DNA of 64,000 nucleotides. Origin: Minisyncoccia bacterium. GTDB taxonomy: Bacteria > Patescibacteriota > Minisyncoccia > SW-4-49-11. The stretch lies in contig JBIKVS010000004.1 in the NCBI GenBank assembly GCA_044356725.1, positions 1 to 64,000 of the forward strand, read 5' to 3'. This document shows positions 58,114-64,000 of the stretch, in pieces. Position numbers and translations under genes: made by a program. Position 1 is the stretch's first letter. The number at the start of each line of letters is the position of its first letter. The notes beneath the pieces were generated by a model. The model saw only the letters and a list, made by a program, of their open reading frames with translations, searched no databases and had not been told where the DNA came from.

Positions 58114-59559
58114 CTAATTATTAAAGTTAATTAAAGGAGTTCTTATAGGAAATTGGAAGTATTGAACCTTATTCTCAATATCACTAATTAGAGTTCTAGC
58201 ATCATTGTTAATTCTAATTGAAATAAAGTTTTGAGTATTGTCTAATAAGGTATAACTATTAATATTACCACGAGTATCTGATTCTACTACTTTCAGAGTA
58301 TTATTTTCTACAAACATTATATATTCAGAGTTAGGCTCCCAGAATTCAGATTTAGTGATAGCTTCTTTAGAAGTATATAAAGTATCAAAATCTCCCTCAA
58401 TTCTCGACTTATACCCTTCAATCGTATCAAGATATAGTTTAGAAATGGCATTTTCACCCTTTAGAAGGGCTTTTTTTGAATCTAGGCTAAATTGTATATC
58501 TTTTATCTCAAGTTCTGAAATTTTGTTAAATTCTGGGGTTTTAGCTCCTAGAGATTTAAGCCAAGCTTGTTGTTTGTCATCGATTAGTATAATATGCCCT
58601 TGACTTGGGCTTACAAAAATTTTACTAATTTGGATTTCAGGCATATCTATGGAGGTATTTTGTTTGGTATCAATATTATATATGCGAACTAAGTTTTTAG
58701 AGATATCTTTTGTAGAGGTATAATAAATATTATTATTTACAAATTTATATTGTTCCATATCTCCCACTAATGGCTCTGATATAGTACTAAACTGTTGTTT
58801 GACTTCATATAATGAACCTGCTTGTGTGAAGAATAGTCTATCTGTATCTAGACTTACAATTTTGACGGGGTTTGCAATTGTATCGGCTACAGGAATAAGA
58901 TTAGTAATATTGAATATTATAGGGTTGGTATCTACATTAATAATAACAAAATATTGAAAAATATTATTAATAGAGGTTTTAAAGCTAAGAGTGGTACCAG
59001 TAGCATCCCAAATAAAATCAGAGTAATCTTGATTATCTAGACCACCTAAAGCCACGCTATCGGTAATTCTTTTACGAAGTTTGGTGTCTAAATCTAATAT
59101 CCAAAGACCAGACTCTTGAGGGATATAAGAGGTATAAAGTAGAGAAGAGGGGTTAGGGAGTCTACTAATATTACGAGCTACTGATAAATCTGTAAATTTA
59201 TCTAAATTAGGTTTTTCTGGAAATAGAGTTACTTCACTTATCAATTGAACTAAAGAAGGTTTGATAGATATTTTTTTAGCCCATGGTTGATATCCCTTTG
59301 AAGATAATACTACATCTAAATCTTGTGGAGCTAAACCTACCTTTAGAAGAGGGCTTTTTGACTCAAACTTGTCATTAATTGCAATCTCATAAGCTATTCT
59401 AGTATTAATTCTAATCCCTCCAGTACTAGTCAAAATTGCACCATCACCGCTATCTTTGCTTAGACGATACCCCATACTATATAGGACAATAGCAGGAGCT
59501 ATGATAAAGAATAAGAAGATAAGTGTCCAAGCGAAGATTTTTTGTATAGTTCTATTCAT
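58114..59559 (-). CDS. PEGA-domain-like membrane-anchored protein with propeller-like C-terminus
   Basis: N-terminal TM, LYSMGYR..TGGI, KGYQPWAKKI, typical of CPR PEGA proteins. Confidence 0.7.
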   Translation of the reverse strand: MNRTIQKIFAWTLIFLFFIIAPAIVLYSMGYRLSKDSGDGAILTSTGGIRINTRIAYEIAINDKFESKSPLLKVGLAPQDLDVVLSSKGYQPWAKKISIKPSLVQLISEVTLFPEKPNLDKFTDLSVARNISRLPNPSSLLYTSYIPQESGLWILDLDTKLRKRITDSVALGGLDNQDYSDFIWDATGTTLSFKTSINNIFQYFVIINVDTNPIIFNITNLIPVADTIANPVKIVSLDTDRLFFTQAGSLYEVKQQFSTISEPLVGDMEQYKFVNNNIYYTSTKDISKNLVRIYNIDTKQNTSIDMPEIQISKIFVSPSQGHIILIDDKQQAWLKSLGAKTPEFNKISELEIKDIQFSLDSKKALLKGENAISKLYLDTIEGYKSRIEGDFDTLYTSKEAITKSEFWEPNSEYIMFVENNTLKVVESDTRGNINSYTLLDNTQNFISIRINNDARTLISDIENKVQYFQFPIRTPLINFNN

Positions 59560-59568
59560 ATATTTATG

Positions 59569-59982
59569 TTAATTTTCATCTAGAGCCTTATTAGCAAGGG
59601 CATCAGCTTGTTTATTTAATTCTCTTCGAATATGGATAAACTCCACTGAGGAAAATTTAATTCTCAAATTCCAAATTTTAATAAAAGCTTTTTGAATAGC
59701 TTCGTCTTTTAGCTCATATATACCTGTTAGTTGTTTTTGAGCTAATTCAGAGTCAAGATAAAGTTCTACTGAATAATTTTTAGTATTAGTTTTGCCTACA
59801 AGAGCCTTAGCCTTTTCTAAAGCAACAATAATAGCTTGATACTCAGCATAATTATTAGTAGCGATACCAAGGGTTTGATGATAAGTTTTCACTGTACCAT
59901 CTGGTAATTCTATTACTACTCCTATTGATGCTGGACCTGGATTACCTCTGGAGGCTCCGTCTGTATGTATTTTGATTGTCAT
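59569..59982 (-). CDS. rnhA: Ribonuclease HI family protein
   Basis: TDGASRGNPGPA, TNNYAEY, DSEL, RELNKQADALAN. Confidence 0.93.
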   Translation of the reverse strand: MTIKIHTDGASRGNPGPASIGVVIELPDGTVKTYHQTLGIATNNYAEYQAIIVALEKAKALVGKTNTKNYSVELYLDSELAQKQLTGIYELKDEAIQKAFIKIWNLRIKFSSVEFIHIRRELNKQADALANKALDEN

Positions 59983-60162
59983 ATAAAATATAGATTAAAA
60001 TTATTATATCATATATTTTATATTTGTGTATAGTAGTGGGGGGATTAATTATAAATTGTGAATGGTGAATTATGCTTCGACAAGCTCAGCAAACTCAATT
60101 TACTCTCGCTTGAGAGGGTCACTATAAAATATAATTATAAATTTAAATATTTTTTATAAATG

Positions 60163-60235
60163 TGGGTGCAGGTGGGCTCGAACCACCGACCAAAGGCTTA
60201 AAAGGCCTCTGCTCTACCAACTGAGCTATGCACCC
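60163..60235 (-). tRNA. tRNA-Lys(TTT)
   Basis: Reverse complement GGGTGCA..loop CTTTTAA..TGCACCCA. Confidence 0.93.
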
Positions 60236-60304
60236 TTAAAAACTTAATACCAACATAGTATACACAAAATAAAATATTTTGCAACTATTATTGATACTTT
60301 TATG

Positions 60305-60389
60305 TGGGCAGAGTAGGACTCGCACCTACGTAGCCTGAAAAGGCGTCGGTTTTACAGACCGATGCGTTTGACTGCTCCGCCATCTGCCC
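60305..60389 (-). tRNA. tRNA-Tyr(GTA)
   Basis: Reverse complement GGGCAGA..TCGGT-CTGTAAA-ACCGA, long variable arm. Confidence 0.92.
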
Positions 60390-60422
60390 AAATGTACATA
60401 CATTATACCATAGAAATATCTA

Positions 60423-60498
60423 TGGAGCCGAAAAGAGGACTTGAACCCCCGACCTACCGCTTACAAGGCGGTTGCTCTACCAGCTGAGCTATTTCGGC
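60423..60498 (-). tRNA. tRNA-Thr(TGT)
   Basis: Reverse complement GCCGAAA..ACCGC-CTTGTAA-GCGGT..TTTCGGCTCCA. Confidence 0.92.
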
Positions 60499-60649
60499 TA
60501 TGGGTAATATAACTTTATAATGCACTCTATCAAATATATCACAATTTTAAATTTTTGTCTATTGTTTGTACTAGATGAGATGATCGTAGACAAATTGCAA
60601 AATAAAAAGTTAAAGAATGGAAGGAACATATAAAGTATTATATAATTCA

Positions 60650-60891
60650 CTGTCCTCCTTTGGAGGAGGTGGCACGAAGTGCCGGTGGTGGATTGAGTTT
60701 AATATTATTATAAACAAGTGTTTATTTTAGTATTCCAAAGTATATCCACTCTCCCCCGTCGCAAATGGCATTTGCTCCTGGGAAACCTCACAGGTTTGAC
60801 CAACCTTCCTCCACGGGAAAACTACCGTTTTCCCGACCCCTTTCCCAAAGGCCAAAGCCTTTTTTACGGGTACTCCCTCCAAAGGGAGACA
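60650..60891. repeat. Family A elements enclosing a reversed tRNA-element-like core
   Basis: Minus strand GGGAAAGGGGTCGGGAAAACGGTAGTTTTCCCGTGGAGGAA matches the core at 24786-24826. Confidence 0.75.
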
Positions 60892-60944
60892 CAATAAATT
60901 TCAACCTTAAAGTAATGTCTGTGATATTTCTCATCTTTTTCATA

Positions 60945-62837
60945 TTAGGTAGAAGTAGATGATGGAGTGGTCTCAGGAGTGGGAGTGTCGAGTTTATAAT
61001 CATCTTTCATCTCCTCCCATAATGCCTTGACAAAAGATAAGTCTGGTTGCCTTAGAGTACTTAAATCTAATAGTCCAAAATGTAAATGTTCTTTTGCTGT
61101 TTCTAGGTTAATCCCAGATACTAATATAAGATTTTGAAGTTCAGGGTGTCTTAAGATCTCTTCTACTACTGCTTTTTGTTCAAGATAGGCAGTATCTTTG
61201 GTAGAAGGAATAGACCGGTCTGTATTATTAAAGTTTATTGAGTTACGGAATAATCTTCTAGCACTACTAAGAGCTGTTTTAAGAGCTAATGATTTTGACT
61301 TTTTTGGATTAACAGATATAGTACTTTCATAATAAGCCTTTACACAATCTAAATAATCTCCACCAGCTTGTTTTGCTGCCATAGCTCTAATATAGTGTGG
61401 TACCGGAGGACTAGCGAATCCAAATAATTCTTGAGATGCTTTATCTTGATAATACATTGCTCCGCCTTCTTGAAATAAAACAGATCTATCACCTCCAATT
61501 TGGTCGGGATGAGTATAGAGAGGTAGTCCTATTTCCGCTGTATTTTCATCTTGTAAAACATGGACTATTTCATGTACTGTACCCTTAGTTAGGACATCTA
61601 TAATAGACCTATTTTTAATTGGTATAAATATAGTTTTACTTTTAGGGTGGGTTTCAAACACAGATTGGTTGGGCTTTATATAACATCTCCATTTATTGTC
61701 AGGAGGTTTAATATTATTATCTATTTGCTCTTGATCAGAAGGATGTTCACTTAATAATCCATACTCTGATAAAATTCTATCTAAATATATTTTTATTTGC
61801 TCGGGCTCAACACTTTCGAACTCCATTTTATTTATATCTAATCCTTGTTCTGCTAAAATTGAGGCTTTTTCTTGGTTTAATTTAATATGTTCTTCAGCTA
61901 TTTCATCAGCTTGTTGGAATAGTCTATCATCGACTTGGTCATAATTTCCATCTGCATTCATTTTGCCAACTCCATATCTAAATTTATCTAATTTATACTT
62001 TGATTTGTGAGATTTTAAATCTGATTCAGCATCTAAAATAGCTTTATCTTCTAACGTTACAGCTAATAATACATTCACTTTTTTAATTATATGTTTGAGG
62101 CTATATAATTTTGAATGGATTAGAGCTAGACTTTCTGTTGAAGACTCCTGCTCCCCATTTGTAACAGCCGCTTCTTCTTGGAATAGGGTTGACCTTGATT
62201 GTTCGAGTCTTGACCTTAGTTCTCTTAAGAATTCAATTTTTTTAATTAACTCGTCAGGTTTTTTGATAAACATTAATTTCTCGGGATTATCCAAACCTTC
62301 CACATCTAAACTACCACTCTCAGTGATGTGAGGTGATAATTGCTCTAACATTGTTTTGGTAAAATAATTAAGACTTTTTTTACCTAACAAACTTAAGGAT
62401 TTAGAATCTAGTTTTCTTAAAACATCAATATTTTCTCTAATATCTATTGCAAAATTACTATTCTTAGAATCTTCGTCTGAAGATAATCTATCTAAAATAA
62501 CTTTAGTTTTATCGGTAGAATTATCTAATAAATAAGCTGATAATATGGATTCTTGTAATACATTTTGTCCCTCAACGGTATCGAAATATTCAGGATACAA
62601 TGTTTTTACATTATACTCTATTGAATATGCTTGAGCTAATTCATTTACAAAGGGGTTTGTAAATTCTATTAAACTATTTTTTTCATCTTCTGTTAATACT
62701 TCTTTTTCCCTTTCTCCAGACAAATACTTTAGAATTTCGTTTAAAAGTTTCTCTGCAGAGTAGGAAGGCCTTTCTGGATATAAGGATCTTCTTTCAGCAG
62801 TATTTTCTAAAGGTTTTGGTGTAGTTTCAAAAGACAT
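60945..62837 (-). CDS. Zn-metallopeptidase, DUF1704/MATCAP-like (QEGLA-motif) carboxypeptidase candidate
   Basis: VHEIVH..N followed by FQEGGA third-ligand motif, late TKDTAYLE motif. Confidence 0.6.
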   Translation of the reverse strand: MSFETTPKPLENTAERRSLYPERPSYSAEKLLNEILKYLSGEREKEVLTEDEKNSLIEFTNPFVNELAQAYSIEYNVKTLYPEYFDTVEGQNVLQESILSAYLLDNSTDKTKVILDRLSSDEDSKNSNFAIDIRENIDVLRKLDSKSLSLLGKKSLNYFTKTMLEQLSPHITESGSLDVEGLDNPEKLMFIKKPDELIKKIEFLRELRSRLEQSRSTLFQEEAAVTNGEQESSTESLALIHSKLYSLKHIIKKVNVLLAVTLEDKAILDAESDLKSHKSKYKLDKFRYGVGKMNADGNYDQVDDRLFQQADEIAEEHIKLNQEKASILAEQGLDINKMEFESVEPEQIKIYLDRILSEYGLLSEHPSDQEQIDNNIKPPDNKWRCYIKPNQSVFETHPKSKTIFIPIKNRSIIDVLTKGTVHEIVHVLQDENTAEIGLPLYTHPDQIGGDRSVLFQEGGAMYYQDKASQELFGFASPPVPHYIRAMAAKQAGGDYLDCVKAYYESTISVNPKKSKSLALKTALSSARRLFRNSINFNNTDRSIPSTKDTAYLEQKAVVEEILRHPELQNLILVSGINLETAKEHLHFGLLDLSTLRQPDLSFVKALWEEMKDDYKLDTPTPETTPSSTST

Positions 62838-62838
62838 A

Positions 62839-63699
62839 TTAGTTTTTAGATTCAATTTCTTGTATTATATATTTAGTGATAACTTCAAATAAATTAATAC
62901 CAGTAGTTGCCATAAATCCTTTAAATTGAGGAGCAGCATTTACCTCCATAATATAGTATTTTTTAGTTTCTATATCCTGAATTATATCCACTCCTGCCAT
63001 ATCTAAATCTAGAATTGCCACTGATTTTATAGCCATATTTAACGCTTCATCAGGGAGAGTGGCTATTTCTGAAGTCCCACCAAGGGATATATTAGATCTA
63101 AACTCACCTTCTTCAGTAGGGCTTCTCTTGATTACCCCAATTACTTTGTTTTTTAATATCCAAACTCTATAGTCACCATCATTTGGAATCATAGGTTGAG
63201 TTATTAGAGGAATTTCAGATTTTTGTACGGTATCCAAGATTGATTCTATAGATGAATGTTTCAGTATCTCCCTCCCTTTTTTCCCATTGATAGGCTTTGT
63301 TATAAACGATTGCTTATATTGAGATGTGAAATACCTTATTTTATCTACACTTTTTGATATGAGTGATGGTATTATAGATATGTTATTATTGCTTAAATTA
63401 TATATTTCAAAGGTTTTAGAATCAATATAATTTGGCTTATGTCCATAAAATATAAATGGAATATTATTATTAATAAGATATTGCTTTAAGATAGGGCTGA
63501 TATGCTTGTGTTTTTCTGTTAATCCTACAAGTACAAATTTAAAATCTTCAAGTAGTTTATCATCTATAAGTATCTTATTATTCAATAAAGCTACTTCAGT
63601 AAACTTAATATGGTGAAACGTATATCCATTATACTCAACAAGCTTTTTAAATTCTATCTGAAATGACTCTGGAAAGTTAATAAATAAAATATTTCTCAT
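62839..63699 (-). CDS. RimK-family ATP-grasp (alpha-L-glutamate ligase-like)
   Basis: KPINGKKGR, QPMI..DYRVW, FRSNISLGG, AGVDI, EVNAAP.F. Confidence 0.9.
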   Translation of the reverse strand: MRNILFINFPESFQIEFKKLVEYNGYTFHHIKFTEVALLNNKILIDDKLLEDFKFVLVGLTEKHKHISPILKQYLINNNIPFIFYGHKPNYIDSKTFEIYNLSNNNISIIPSLISKSVDKIRYFTSQYKQSFITKPINGKKGREILKHSSIESILDTVQKSEIPLITQPMIPNDGDYRVWILKNKVIGVIKRSPTEEGEFRSNISLGGTSEIATLPDEALNMAIKSVAILDLDMAGVDIIQDIETKKYYIMEVNAAPQFKGFMATTGINLFEVITKYIIQEIESKN

Positions 63700-63703
63700 A
63701 CAC

Positions 63704-64000
63704 CTACTCTTTAGTTGATATTAAATACTCCAGTAATAAATCTTCAACTTTAATATTAAATGTTTTATTAAAACCATAGAACTGAGGGTTTGCATTTATT
63801 TCAATAACATAAGGTTTATTATCAGAATCAAATAAGATATCTATTCCTGCATATTCTAAAGATAATGTATTAGCTACATCTAGAGCTAGGATTTCTATTT
63901 CAGGGGATAGTGTAAATTTTTCACCAATACCTCCTTGAGATATGTTGGTGACAATAGAATCTTTATGAGGTTTATTTCTTTTCATAGCTCCAATAACTTT
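63704..64000 (-). CDS. Second RimK-family ATP-grasp ligase, C-terminal part
   Basis: Open to the window edge (KVIGAMKR..); TNISQGG, YAGIDI, EINANP.F. Confidence 0.85.
   Translation of the reverse strand, partial: KVIGAMKRNKPHKDSIVTNISQGGIGEKFTLSPEIEILALDVANTLSLEYAGIDILFDSDNKPYVIEINANPQFYGFNKTFNIKVEDLLLEYLISTKE

Overview
AT-rich bacterial chromosome segment read in standard code 11. It is most consistent with a Patescibacteria (CPR) genome: short IF2, a lone VirB4-like ATPase cluster, three O-antigen-ligase-like proteins, a PEGA-like protein and few metabolic genes. It carries a type III restriction-modification locus, housekeeping genes (rsmA, infB, rbfA, uvrD/pcrA, typA, mutS/mutL, dnaJ, nrdR, rpsO, pnp, the infA-rpsI ribosomal cluster, rnhA) and ten tRNAs. 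Three parS palindromes and a DnaA-box cluster mark a candidate oriC. The intergenic space is the most unusual part. (i) About 14 stand-alone promoter-orphan ORF-terminator units; two adjacent ones share an almost identical structured leader and terminator around unrelated ORFs, and several carry foreign-composition or stop-interrupted cargo, including a GC-rich picocyanobacterial-type aldehyde-deformylating oxygenase broken by one amber codon. (ii) Elements of about 150-190 bp at three tRNA 3' ends, each with a direct and an inverted copy of the tRNA end. (iii) Several nested families of REP-like palindromes, one inserted in frame in the Res helicase. (iv) A multi-hairpin candidate ncRNA before infA. 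At the right end, tandem RimK-like ATP-grasp ligases adjoin an HExxH/QEGxA metallopeptidase. All calls are from manual reading; no database searches were run and repeat boundaries are approximate.
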